Source: Candidatus Undinarchaeales archaeon
Lineage (GTDB): Archaea > SpSt-1190 > JASMDC01
DNA: 64,000 bases
Direction of reading: 5' to 3'
Assembly: GCA_030753015.1 (NCBI GenBank)
Contig: JASMDC010000005.1
Coordinates: 84,015-148,014, forward strand
Each line of letters opens with the position of its first letter. The first letter of the stretch is position 1. Position numbers and translations under genes: made by a program. This document shows, one piece after another, positions 17,861 to 27,266 of the stretch. The notes under the pieces are model-generated. The model worked only from the letters and a program-made list of their open reading frames with translations, was not told where the DNA came from and made no database searches.

Positions 17861-18553
17861 ATGTTCGGGATCCCGGAATCGCTGGTTCTCCTCATGGGCC
17901 AGGTATTCGTTGGGCTCATCGGTCTCTCGTTCATCCTCACCCTCCTCGGTGTGGGCCTCATCCTCATCAACGCCTACCGCGATCGCTTCTTCCTCCCACG
18001 TGCCACACTGGTGCTCTTCACATCGTTCCGCTATCCCATCAAGGCGATCCTCCGGATGGTGGGGATGCCCGGCACCACCATCGACCGTCTGAGCCTGGAC
18101 ATCCGTAACACCATACAGCGTCCATTCTTCTCTACTGTGCCTCCAGAAAAGCGAATGGCATTCTTCCCCCAATGCCTCCGTGATCTGAAGTGCCCCGCGC
18201 GCACATCGCCCGAGTACGGCATCATGTGCTCCAAGTGCGGTAAGTGCGTCATCGGCAGCTTCAAGAAGAAAGGGGAGGACCTGGGCTACATGGGGGTCTA
18301 CATCGTCCCCGGCTCCAGCTTCATCAAGCGCATCGTCAAGCGTGATGGCCCGAGCGCAGTTCTGGGAATCGCCTGCACCGCCGACGCCACCGCGGGCATG
18401 GAGATGCTTGAGGCTTACGGACTACCTGCCCACTCGGTCTACCTGCTCAAGGAGGGTTGTGTGAACACCGTCGTCGATGCCGATCGGGTGCTCGAGATCA
18501 TGGAACTGGGATGCGAGACGGAAGATGTGCCCCCTTCCGGCGTAGCGGCATAG
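17861..18553 (+). CDS. DUF116 family membrane protein
   Basis: N-terminal TM, FFPQCLR..KCPA, CSKCGKC, IVPGSSF, GIAC and GCVNT motifs. Confidence 0.85.
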   Translation: MFGIPESLVLLMGQVFVGLIGLSFILTLLGVGLILINAYRDRFFLPRATLVLFTSFRYPIKAILRMVGMPGTTIDRLSLDIRNTIQRPFFSTVPPEKRMAFFPQCLRDLKCPARTSPEYGIMCSKCGKCVIGSFKKKGEDLGYMGVYIVPGSSFIKRIVKRDGPSAVLGIACTADATAGMEMLEAYGLPAHSVYLLKEGCVNTVVDADRVLEIMELGCETEDVPPSGVAA

Positions 18554-18583
18554 AAGTACTTTACGCAGACCCGGTACATCTTC

Positions 18584-19321
18584 TCAATCTTCGCCGAAAA
18601 GGTGCTCGAAACCGTCCCCGATGGCGAGTCCCACCTTCTTGTACCATGGCGCTTCTCGCCGCACCTTTGCTTTTTGGGTGATGTCGAGGAAGTTATCCAG
18701 TAACTGGTAGCCCGCATCGTTGTCAATGCCTTCATCCTCGAGCTGTGAGCCCCATTCCGGGTGGAACTGCACTGCATAGACCGGCTTTCGTTTATGCTGC
18801 ATCCCCTGCACTTCGCAAAGGTCCGAGTAGGCAGTGACCTTGAATCCACGGGGGACCTCGGTCACCTCATCACCATGGTATTCCGCCATGATGACCTCAT
18901 CATCGAGCCCTTTGAACAGTGGGCTTTTTTCTGTGAAGTGGACCTTCGTAGGACCTCGCTCCAGTTCATAGCCTTCCGCCTTGTCGGTCCTCCCGTCATA
19001 GGATTCTGCCAGGAGCTGATGAGCGAAGCAGATGCCGAGCACTGGCCGTTTCGATGAACGGTAGAGCTCCTGTTCAGCCTGAAGCCACTCATCATCGCGA
19101 TGCTCACGAACGTTGTAAGGTGATCCCGAGCCGATTATGCCATCGAACTCATCGGGGTCCGGTAGCTCACCCTTGTACGCCTTGAAATCGGTCACGTCAG
19201 CTCCCGTTTCCTTGAGGTATGACGTGATCATCTTCCCTGTATAGTTACCAGGGTGGTTCCTGAGCACGGCTATGCGCACCGGCTCGCGGTCACACTCGGA
19301 AGGTTCTTCCAGGACGTACAC
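18584..19321 (-). CDS. Class I glutamine amidotransferase (GMP synthase subunit A-like)
   Basis: IGSGSP, LGICFAHQ (catalytic Cys), HGDEV and VQFHPE motifs. Confidence 0.88.
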   Translation of the reverse strand: MYVLEEPSECDREPVRIAVLRNHPGNYTGKMITSYLKETGADVTDFKAYKGELPDPDEFDGIIGSGSPYNVREHRDDEWLQAEQELYRSSKRPVLGICFAHQLLAESYDGRTDKAEGYELERGPTKVHFTEKSPLFKGLDDEVIMAEYHGDEVTEVPRGFKVTAYSDLCEVQGMQHKRKPVYAVQFHPEWGSQLEDEGIDNDAGYQLLDNFLDITQKAKVRREAPWYKKVGLAIGDGFEHLFGED

Positions 19322-19432
19322 TGATTACCACTCTTCAGTAGTAATATATCTTTCTGGGTATTTAAATGTTTCGGTCGCAGTGGGCCGCCCTACCTTACGT
19401 TTTTATTACTGGTGGTCGTATCACTCGACCGC

Positions 19433-20179
19433 ATGTCTGTCGCTAGTGCCCTTGCCCATGAGGCCCGGATCGAGATGCTCCGTACCCTCATCGATAAAGG
19501 GGACGCTACAATGGAGGAGCTCTGTTCGCGGACGGGTCTTGCTTCTCGGGTAGTGGAGCAACATACCAAGGTGCTCCTTGAGCTCGGGATGGTGACGCAT
19601 CTGGCCGAGGACAAGCTGAGCGTGCTCGCGGACACCCAGACCCTACTTGAGCCTCTCCTCCTGCCGAAACGGCAGGGAAGTGCCGCAAGGTGCTGTAGTG
19701 TGATGGAGGACCAGACCCAGGTTCTCAAGACCATGGAACGGGTCAACGTCCGCCTCGGACGCCAGGACGTCAACTACTACGTCTACAACGGTGACGAGCT
19801 CGCGAACCTCTTTGATTGGCTGAAGCGGGATGCTGAGCTGATGCCAAAGGAGCTGTGCCAGCGCGGTGTGGACATGCGGTTGCTGACGACCATCACCGAG
19901 GAGAACCTTCCCGACGTACGGCGGATCGCTCAATGGTTCGATATCCGACACCTGCCCAAGAAGGTGCTCGACTTCCGGTTCATCATCAAGGGCGGCAACG
20001 ACGTGTTCTTCTGGTTCACACGACGACGTTCGAAGAACGACAACAATAGACTATGCGCTCACTTCCATGGTAAGGACTTCCAGAACGCCTTCTACTCGGT
20101 CTTCAACACCCTTTGGGTGCTCTCCACTCATCTGCCCGACCGGGTGGCAGAGATACGGGAGGTGCACGAGGATGACTGA
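19433..20179 (+). CDS. Winged-helix (ArsR-like) regulator with TrmB-like C-terminal effector domain
   Basis: ALAHEARIEML...HTKVLLELGMV HTH; C-terminal RGVDMRLLT...IRH...RFIIKG...FNTLW pattern. GTG 19412 is an alternative start. Confidence 0.7.
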   Translation: MSVASALAHEARIEMLRTLIDKGDATMEELCSRTGLASRVVEQHTKVLLELGMVTHLAEDKLSVLADTQTLLEPLLLPKRQGSAARCCSVMEDQTQVLKTMERVNVRLGRQDVNYYVYNGDELANLFDWLKRDAELMPKELCQRGVDMRLLTTITEENLPDVRRIAQWFDIRHLPKKVLDFRFIIKGGNDVFFWFTRRRSKNDNNRLCAHFHGKDFQNAFYSVFNTLWVLSTHLPDRVAEIREVHEDD

Positions 20180-20990
20180 GGCGGTCATGGAAACCAAGGA
20201 GCTCGCCAAGCTGGCGCGAGCGCTGGCAAACCCCCTCCGTGAAGAGGCGGTGCGGCGTGCGCTCACCTTCGAGTTCGTCACCCAGGCCAACATCCGTGCC
20301 GACTTCCGTCTCTCGGAGCGCACGGTGCACGACCACTTCAAGACGCTCATCGAGGCAGGAGTGCTCTACGAGCGCAAGTCCACGGAGGGCAAGACCTACC
20401 ACGTCAGGGACGAGATCCGCGATTCAGTGGAGCGGCTCGTGACAGGACGGTCAGGACCACGCCCCCCTGCAGTGTGGCGAGTGTACGACGATGACGACAA
20501 GACCTACCCCTTCGCCGACTGGATCAACAACGCTCTTCGTAAGGATGACACGGCATATTACCTCTACGGGGAAGAAGAGGTACGCTACCTTCACGGTTGG
20601 GTGCTCGGCAAGCCCTCTTTCGGTGCTGGACCTTCCCCCAAGGAGCTCAAGAAACGGGGTATCGATCTGCGGATCCTGACATCGGTCACCCACGAGAACC
20701 TGCGGGAGATATCCTCCCTCAAACAGTACTTCACCATCCGTCACTGCGAGGAGAACATCTTCAACTTACGCCTCATCCTGAAGGGGCGCCGGCACGTGTT
20801 CCTCTGGTTCACGAAGATGGCTCCCGAGGGCACCCATGGGAGGAGCATCTGCACATGGTTCTCTGGCGAGGACGCCTTCAGTGCATTCCACTCGGTGTTC
20901 GAGAAGCTGTGGGAGCGGTCGGTACCGCTCATGGACCGCGTGAAGGTACTGCTCGACGAGCAGGACCGGATGGAAGGTAGGAAGAAGTAG
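20172..20990 (+). CDS. Winged-helix regulator with TrmB-like C-terminal domain, paralog of the preceding gene
   Basis: ALANPLR...HDHFKTLIEAGVL HTH; RGIDLRILT...IRH...RLILKG...FEKLW; start overlaps the previous stop. Confidence 0.72.
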   Translation: MTEAVMETKELAKLARALANPLREEAVRRALTFEFVTQANIRADFRLSERTVHDHFKTLIEAGVLYERKSTEGKTYHVRDEIRDSVERLVTGRSGPRPPAVWRVYDDDDKTYPFADWINNALRKDDTAYYLYGEEEVRYLHGWVLGKPSFGAGPSPKELKKRGIDLRILTSVTHENLREISSLKQYFTIRHCEENIFNLRLILKGRRHVFLWFTKMAPEGTHGRSICTWFSGEDAFSAFHSVFEKLWERSVPLMDRVKVLLDEQDRMEGRKK

Positions 20991-21024
20991 GTACCCGTCT
21001 TCCTGAAAGTGATATGTGATCTTC

Positions 21025-21252
21025 ATGGATAGCGAGATTACGGGTAAGCTCATCTCCATGCTGCTCGTAGGCCTCGTCATCGGCGTGGCCATAGGACAGC
21101 AGTCTAACAGCACGGAGCTCGAGCGATGTCGGGCAGTACAGATAGAACCAACCACCACGACTTTGGGGGATGAGGTGGTAATACGTCCCGTGGGCACGAG
21201 CGATAACTTCACGGTAGAGAGCTCCGAGACCGTGGCCGTGCCTACTCCCTGA
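21025..21252 (+). CDS. Small protein with an N-terminal membrane anchor
   Basis: LISMLLVGLVIGVAIG hydrophobic segment and a Thr-rich tail; fills the gap before nadE. Confidence 0.5.
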   Translation: MDSEITGKLISMLLVGLVIGVAIGQQSNSTELERCRAVQIEPTTTTLGDEVVIRPVGTSDNFTVESSETVAVPTP

Positions 21253-22846
21253 ACCGGTTCGTGATAGGCATCCGCCGCCCCGAGCCGAAAGCACGTGTAG
21301 TGACCTTAATACCTAGAGGTGCCTGGTACCGTTTGTACTCGTTGGCATCCACACGGCGGACGACATCACACACCACGGCTTCCGGGAATCCCTTTGCGAC
21401 GATGGCATCCATGGGGAGGTGGTCCTCGACGTATGCGGCAAGGATCGGGTCGAGCACGTCGTATGGGGGCAGGTCGTCGTCGTCCCGCTGGTCCGGCCGC
21501 AGTTCCGCAGAAGGGGGCTTGTCGATGATAGCCTGCGGGATGAGCTCGCGTCCTGCCTCCTCGTTGATGAACCGAGCGAGCGCGTACACCTGGATTTTAG
21601 GCACGTCCGAGATGAGCGCTAGGCCACCGGCCATGTCACCGTAGAGTGTGGCGTAGCCTACCGCCATCTCCGACTTGTTCCCCGTGGCCAGTACAAGATG
21701 GCCGAACTTGTTGGACAGCGCCATGAGGATGTTCCCGCGGACGCGCGCCTGGACGTTCTCCTCAGCGACACCGGACCCTGTTCCCTCGAAGAAGGATTCA
21801 AGCGCATCCATATAGTTATCGACCATCGAGGCAATGGGTACCTTTTGGAACTCGATGCCGAGGTTCGCGGCCAGATGTCGCGAATGGTCCACGCTCCCTT
21901 TCGACGAGACCGCGCTGGGCATGGTGACGCCCAAGACCGCGTCCGGTCCGAGGGCACGGGCCGCGAGGGCGGCCACGACCGCCGAATCGATCCCGCCCGA
22001 CAGCCCCACGACGCACCGCTCGAAGCGGTTCTTGCGTGCATAGTCGCGGAGACCGAGACAGAGGGCCTCGGTCACTTCCTCATCACGGCCGACCGGGGCT
22101 GCGACAGCGCCTCGACCACTCTCGACCACGAGTAGCTCATCGGTGAAGCGAGGAGCTTGGGCCATGATCCGACCATCGCGGTCCATGACAAGGCTCCCAC
22201 CATCGAACACTAGGTCGTCCTGGCCGCCCACGAGGTTGACGTACACCACCGGACAACTGATCTTCTCCACAAATCGCCGGACAACGCCCTCCCTTTCGGC
22301 ACCCTTTCCCGCATAGAAGGGAGACGCGGAGATGTTCACGACCAGTTCAGCGTTGCGGGCGACCTCATCCCGAGCTGCGTCGTCCACCCAGATGTCCTCG
22401 CACACGGTCACGAGCATGGTCTGTCCCGAGATATCTACCAGCCCCCATCGTGATGTCGGTGTGAAGTAGCGCTTTTCGTCGAACACGTCGTAGTTGGGGA
22501 GATGGGTCTTATCGCAGTAAGCGACGACCTTCCCGTCGGTACACACGGCAGCGGTGTTGAAGAGCGCGTTCCCTTCCTGTCGCACTGTGCCCACGATCGC
22601 CGTGATGCCCTTGGTGGTTTTGGCGATATTCTCCAGCGACCGGCCGCACCTCTCGATGAACGCCGGTTTGAGCAAGAGGTCACGGGGAGGATAGCCGGGG
22701 ATGACGAGCTCGGGGAACACCACGAGGTCTACCTGGGATGCTTGAGCAACGGTAACAGTTCCTGCTACGAGGGAAGCGTTCCCATCAACGTCGCCGACAG
22801 TCGGGTCCACCTGTGCCAGTGCGACGGTGATGTCGGCCAACGCCAT
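21242..22846 (-). CDS. nadE: Glutamine-dependent NAD+ synthetase
   Basis: Nitrilase domain (FPEL, LPNYDVFDEKRYF, CEDIW) plus SGGIDS, ENVQARVRG, TGNKSE, GYATLYGD and PSAELRPDQ. Start trimmed to ATG 22846. Confidence 0.95.
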   Translation of the reverse strand: MALADITVALAQVDPTVGDVDGNASLVAGTVTVAQASQVDLVVFPELVIPGYPPRDLLLKPAFIERCGRSLENIAKTTKGITAIVGTVRQEGNALFNTAAVCTDGKVVAYCDKTHLPNYDVFDEKRYFTPTSRWGLVDISGQTMLVTVCEDIWVDDAARDEVARNAELVVNISASPFYAGKGAEREGVVRRFVEKISCPVVYVNLVGGQDDLVFDGGSLVMDRDGRIMAQAPRFTDELLVVESGRGAVAAPVGRDEEVTEALCLGLRDYARKNRFERCVVGLSGGIDSAVVAALAARALGPDAVLGVTMPSAVSSKGSVDHSRHLAANLGIEFQKVPIASMVDNYMDALESFFEGTGSGVAEENVQARVRGNILMALSNKFGHLVLATGNKSEMAVGYATLYGDMAGGLALISDVPKIQVYALARFINEEAGRELIPQAIIDKPPSAELRPDQRDDDDLPPYDVLDPILAAYVEDHLPMDAIVAKGFPEAVVCDVVRRVDANEYKRYQAPLGIKVTTRAFGSGRRMPITNRFRE

Positions 22847-22899
22847 CGGCCGAGGGTTGCACTGGTAGGTATTTAATCGTTGTCCCCTGCAGACCGCTC

Positions 22900-24291
22900 G
22901 TGACAGGTATCGCAGGATCCTTCGGCCCCACGGGCTCGGGGGAGGTGGTGACGGCCATGTTGCGGGGCCTGACCCACAGGGGGCCGGACGGCGCGTCCCT
23001 CTCATGCGGTTTGCTCACCCCGGAGGGCTCAGCAGCAATAGGTCATGCACGGTTCGACGCCGTGGACCGCGGGTCCCAACCAGTCCAAGGCGCAGGGATA
23101 CTGGTCATTGACGGTGAACTCAGTGGGCCGGAGGGCCCGATGGACGCGACCGCTCTTCTCAAGGCCCTCGACCTCGCCTGGCCCGAGCCGGAGACGGTGC
23201 TGGACGCTCTCGATGGACCGTATGCCATGGCCTATTGGCGGGGCCAGGACGTCATTCTTGCGCGGGACCCGTTGGGGGTGAGACCGCTTTGGTACTCTTT
23301 GTGCACAGGTCTCGCTTTCGCCTCCGAGCGGCAGGCGCTGGAAGCGGTCGAACTGACACATCCGCTCCCGCTCGAACCCCGGTCATTGCTCAGATACCAC
23401 GTCCCCTCCGACCGTCCGGACCTGGTTACGCGTGATGTGCCGTGGCTCGCTCCCGATAACGATCCCTTGGCGAAAGGGCACCCTCCCGCTGAACGGCTCA
23501 TCTCCCTCCTCACAGATTCCGTGGCCAAGCGCCTGGCTCATCGCCCGCCGGGTCCGGTCGGTGTGCTCCTCTCGGGCGGTGTCGACTCCACCGTTGTGGC
23601 GCGGCTCCTGATGGACGCAGGTGCGGATGTCCGCGGGTACGTGGCCGTGCTCGACGAACCGGGCCTGAAGGAGGCGGCCGACCTTGAGGGCGCACAACGG
23701 GCGGCGGACCACCTGGGCATCCCCCTCCATGTGGAGCGCGCGACCGTGGGCGGTGTCGAGGCGCTCCTACCACGACTCGTTCCACGAGTGGGCCATGACG
23801 CCTTGGTAGGTGTGGCTCTGGCGCTCCACCTCGGTTTTACAGCGGCCCACAGGGACGGTGTCCGAGTCGTTTTCGCGGGCCAGGGGGCTGACGAGCTGTT
23901 CGGGGGCTATGCCCGCTACCGTACGGTCCAGGACCTCGCAGGCGCCTGTCGACGGGACGTGCTGGACCTCTGGCGTCGTGACACCCTTCGTGACGACCTC
24001 GTCGCTGCTGGTTGCAGCATAGCATTGCGTACACCCTTTCTGGACACGGAGGTCGTCCGGTTCGCGCTCTCCCTCCCCGACCCCCTGCTCAGGGACGGCG
24101 ACGTCAACAAGCTCGTGCTCCGGCAGGCCGCCTCCATTCTCGGCCTCCCCAAGGAACTGGCTCTGCGGCCTAAGCGTGCAGCCCAGTACGGGAGCAGGTT
24201 GGACCACGCGATCGCCCGCTTGGCGAAGCTCGCCGGTGTTCCCCGGGACGAGTACCTTGCACAGTTCGTCGAGGGCGGGCAAGTCCATTGA
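22900..24291 (+). CDS. Asparagine synthetase B-like protein with degenerate Ntn glutaminase domain
   Basis: HRGPD, ARDPLGVRPL, LLSGGVDS, GQGADELFGGY, LRTPFLD and RPKRAAQYGS. N-terminus reads MTGIAG instead of MCGIAG. Confidence 0.85.
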   Translation: MTGIAGSFGPTGSGEVVTAMLRGLTHRGPDGASLSCGLLTPEGSAAIGHARFDAVDRGSQPVQGAGILVIDGELSGPEGPMDATALLKALDLAWPEPETVLDALDGPYAMAYWRGQDVILARDPLGVRPLWYSLCTGLAFASERQALEAVELTHPLPLEPRSLLRYHVPSDRPDLVTRDVPWLAPDNDPLAKGHPPAERLISLLTDSVAKRLAHRPPGPVGVLLSGGVDSTVVARLLMDAGADVRGYVAVLDEPGLKEAADLEGAQRAADHLGIPLHVERATVGGVEALLPRLVPRVGHDALVGVALALHLGFTAAHRDGVRVVFAGQGADELFGGYARYRTVQDLAGACRRDVLDLWRRDTLRDDLVAAGCSIALRTPFLDTEVVRFALSLPDPLLRDGDVNKLVLRQAASILGLPKELALRPKRAAQYGSRLDHAIARLAKLAGVPRDEYLAQFVEGGQVH

Positions 24292-24302
24292 GGGCTCGAG
24301 GA

Positions 24303-27257
24303 TCACTGTCGTTGCTGTGGTTGGGTTTGTTGCTGTTGTCGCTGATAATAGTCGTAGCGATAATAAGGCCGATTGTATTGATAGGAGCCATAGGCGCTCT
24401 GCTGTGCCTGGTAACCGGCCCCTCTTGCTTGGGCCGGACCTGCCGACGTGGCAGCCTGTACTGCTGCTGAGGCCGCCTTCGTCTTGGCCGCCGCCTGCCG
24501 CGAGATGACGAACAGTCCAGCACCACTGGCAAGTACCGCAAGGATGCCTACGAACATGATGAAACGTCCCCACCCGCCCTCTTCCTTAGGCACGGACGTG
24601 GCGAGCGTGCGGAAGGTCTCCATCTCGGTGCGGGCCTGGACGAGGTGGGCCTGTGCCCCCATCATGTCCCCTGCATCGGCCAGTCGACGGGCCTCTTCGA
24701 GCTCGTCCTGAGCGGTCTTGAGATGGTTCTGGAGACGCTCCTCGAGCAAGGCGAACTGTGTCGAGCTCACCTCCTTCTTCATGGTAGCGAAGCGCTCCAG
24801 CTCGACCTCGATGTTCCCCTCCGCCTCATTGAGCTCCTCGCCGAGACCCTTTGCGATCGCTTTCTCATCACCTATTGAGACCGTCACGGTCCCGCTCCCC
24901 TTCGGTCCCTCCTTGGAGACGACCTCCACCTTGGCGGTGAAGCTCCCCTGCTCCTCTATGGCGAAGGATACGGTGAATGTCGCATGGGCGCCCGTAGGGA
25001 TGGCCGCCACCCGGTTCTTGTCGGGCTTGCCCGGGATACCGGTGAGGTTCAGGAGAACGTCGTGGAGCTCCACGCTCCCCGTGTTCCGCACCCTGATAGT
25101 GAACGAGCCCTCCTCACCTATCGTGACGAACACCGTTCCCGTTGGGAGGTCGACCGACATGGACGGTACGCACTCGCAATCGCCGGAACAGCTCTTGCAG
25201 TCCTCGCCTGGCTGGCAGGTGCCATCACCACAGTAACCGCTCTCGGACATCACCTCGACCTCGTAGAGCGCGTACTGCGACTCGAGCCCCGTCCGCTGGA
25301 TCTCGATACGTGCCTTGTAGGTCCCGGTCTCTGTGTATTTGGGCACGGTCACCGTGGCGTAGAGCTCGGTTGTAGCTCCCTTGAAGAGAACAGGATGGGC
25401 GTCCTCCAGGGTGGTCCAGTCCGCCGCGGCACCCCAGGCGATCAGCTTCACCGGGACATCAGCACTCCCCTCGTTCTTCACGGAAATCGTGACGGTGACG
25501 GTACCTCCGGGCGATGTGCGTACGACCTCCGGCTCCTTGGGCACGAGCAGTCGCTGCTCCTCCTCGGCGCCGCAATCGACAGGGCACGTGTCGCCGTTCT
25601 CCTCCCCCTCGCACCGCTCGTCACCGCACACGACAGCAGCGCAGCCGGCCGCGTCGGCCTGATCGCGTCCGATGTCGCACACATTGTCACTTGTGCATGC
25701 ACAGTCCACTGAGATGGCGCACGTCTCGTTGTGGTAGGCAGAGCATTCACCGTCACCCAGACAGTCGTCTGTTCCGCAGTCGATGCAATGGCTGGCGCAC
25801 TCGCCCCGATCGCGTTCGCATACGCCGTTCCCGCATCGCTCGTTGTAGCAGCCTTTCTCGGTGGCGTTGACGTGGTCGGGCACGCACTGCCAGTCCGTAG
25901 GGCACGTGCACTGGTCCGGCGCGCTAGCGCAATCCTCACCTATGGCGGGGTTGCACATGGAATCGGCCTTGCAGATGGTCAAGTTACAGTCAGCGCATCC
26001 TGCCCCGCACTCGCCCAGGTCCACATCGCACACATTATCACCGCACTCCCTGAAGAAGCAGCCGGTGACGTTCGCCCGTGGCTCGGCCGGGTCGCACAGC
26101 GCGCCTTGGAGGCAGGGACAGTCGATGGATGAATTACAGTTCTCCCCGGCCTTGAGGTTGCATTCAGGATCTCGGGCGCACACAGTGACGTTGCATCCTA
26201 TGCACCCCTGAGCACATTCGCCGAAGCTGGTGGTGTTCCCGCTCACCAGGTCCTTCACCTCGAAGTCGCATATATCGTCCGTGCACGTGACAAGGAAGCA
26301 GCCCTGGCTGTTCGACCTTGGATCAGCGGGATCACAGAGACCATCGGCCGCGCAGGCGCAGTCCGGCGAGGTGTCGCACCGCTCTCCCAAGGCAAGAGTG
26401 CATGCGCCGTCTCCAGCGCACTGGGTGATATTGCAGTCGACACACCCGGCAAGGCACTCACCCGCATCACACACGCCATTACCACAGTCGGGACTGTAGC
26501 ATCCGCGAGGTGTGCTGGCCTGTGCCCCCGGTTCGCAGCTCCAACCACCCGGGCATGGGCAGAGGTCAGGATCGTTCTCGCAGGTGAGCCCAGCATCGAT
26601 ATCGCACGAGAGCTTCTGCGAGATCCTGAGCTCGATGTCGAGGAGACCTATTGGCGCTTTCTCGACAGCGAATGTCACTGCAAGGGATCCGTCGCCGAGG
26701 AAGGTGACATTGGGTGGTGTCCGCGAGCTGTGGATAAGAGTGATGTTGCCGTCCCTTGAAGGAGCGAACACTTCCCCATCGGTGGTGCGGTAGCCCAATG
26801 GCTCCATGTCTATCACCGCCAGCCTCACGGTCCCCCCGCCCTCGAGAGGGAGGATGCCGAACAAGGTCCAGACCACGTCCCCGCGCGACATTGGAACGGC
26901 GGCATCGTACTCCACGGCCACCACCTGCGAACGTCCACGAAGGAGCGGTTCGTTCAGTGCCACGACCAGCCCGGTACCAACGCCCGTGGGCGCGACTCGC
27001 ACGTTCAGAGGTTGCTCCCGATCGAACGCGACGAGACTTGGTTCATCCACTGGGAAGGGTGACTCAATCCACCACTCCTCCAACTGCTCACCCTCGGCGC
27101 AGCATGTAAGGTTCGCCGCTACGAGCACATGGACATATTCACGTCCGTGGACATCTACCTCCCATGCCACCTCCGCCAGAGCCGGGACGGTGAGCAGGCT
27201 CACGATGACGAGCATCTGTGCGGCCGCCAGGCCCGGACGTTGTGGTATCGGGTTCAT
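24303..27257 (-). CDS. Large Cys-rich cell-surface protein (CGDGxC-type repeats, CARDB-like beta domains, C-terminal TM)
   Basis: Signal-like N-terminus; repeated CG(N/D)GxC...GExC...C.DC units; two VTISVKNEGS/FTIRVRNTGS Ig-like segments; helical region, TM helix and Gln/Tyr-rich tail. Confidence 0.8.
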   Translation of the reverse strand: MNPIPQRPGLAAAQMLVIVSLLTVPALAEVAWEVDVHGREYVHVLVAANLTCCAEGEQLEEWWIESPFPVDEPSLVAFDREQPLNVRVAPTGVGTGLVVALNEPLLRGRSQVVAVEYDAAVPMSRGDVVWTLFGILPLEGGGTVRLAVIDMEPLGYRTTDGEVFAPSRDGNITLIHSSRTPPNVTFLGDGSLAVTFAVEKAPIGLLDIELRISQKLSCDIDAGLTCENDPDLCPCPGGWSCEPGAQASTPRGCYSPDCGNGVCDAGECLAGCVDCNITQCAGDGACTLALGERCDTSPDCACAADGLCDPADPRSNSQGCFLVTCTDDICDFEVKDLVSGNTTSFGECAQGCIGCNVTVCARDPECNLKAGENCNSSIDCPCLQGALCDPAEPRANVTGCFFRECGDNVCDVDLGECGAGCADCNLTICKADSMCNPAIGEDCASAPDQCTCPTDWQCVPDHVNATEKGCYNERCGNGVCERDRGECASHCIDCGTDDCLGDGECSAYHNETCAISVDCACTSDNVCDIGRDQADAAGCAAVVCGDERCEGEENGDTCPVDCGAEEEQRLLVPKEPEVVRTSPGGTVTVTISVKNEGSADVPVKLIAWGAAADWTTLEDAHPVLFKGATTELYATVTVPKYTETGTYKARIEIQRTGLESQYALYEVEVMSESGYCGDGTCQPGEDCKSCSGDCECVPSMSVDLPTGTVFVTIGEEGSFTIRVRNTGSVELHDVLLNLTGIPGKPDKNRVAAIPTGAHATFTVSFAIEEQGSFTAKVEVVSKEGPKGSGTVTVSIGDEKAIAKGLGEELNEAEGNIEVELERFATMKKEVSSTQFALLEERLQNHLKTAQDELEEARRLADAGDMMGAQAHLVQARTEMETFRTLATSVPKEEGGWGRFIMFVGILAVLASGAGLFVISRQAAAKTKAASAAVQAATSAGPAQARGAGYQAQQSAYGSYQYNRPYYRYDYYQRQQQQTQPQQRQ

Positions 27258-27266
27258 GGTCCTCTC

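Noticed and set aside
17804-18172. N-terminal 123 aa of the 368-aa ORF
   Set aside because: Antisense to the DUF116 gene. The real start is more plausibly ATG 17803.
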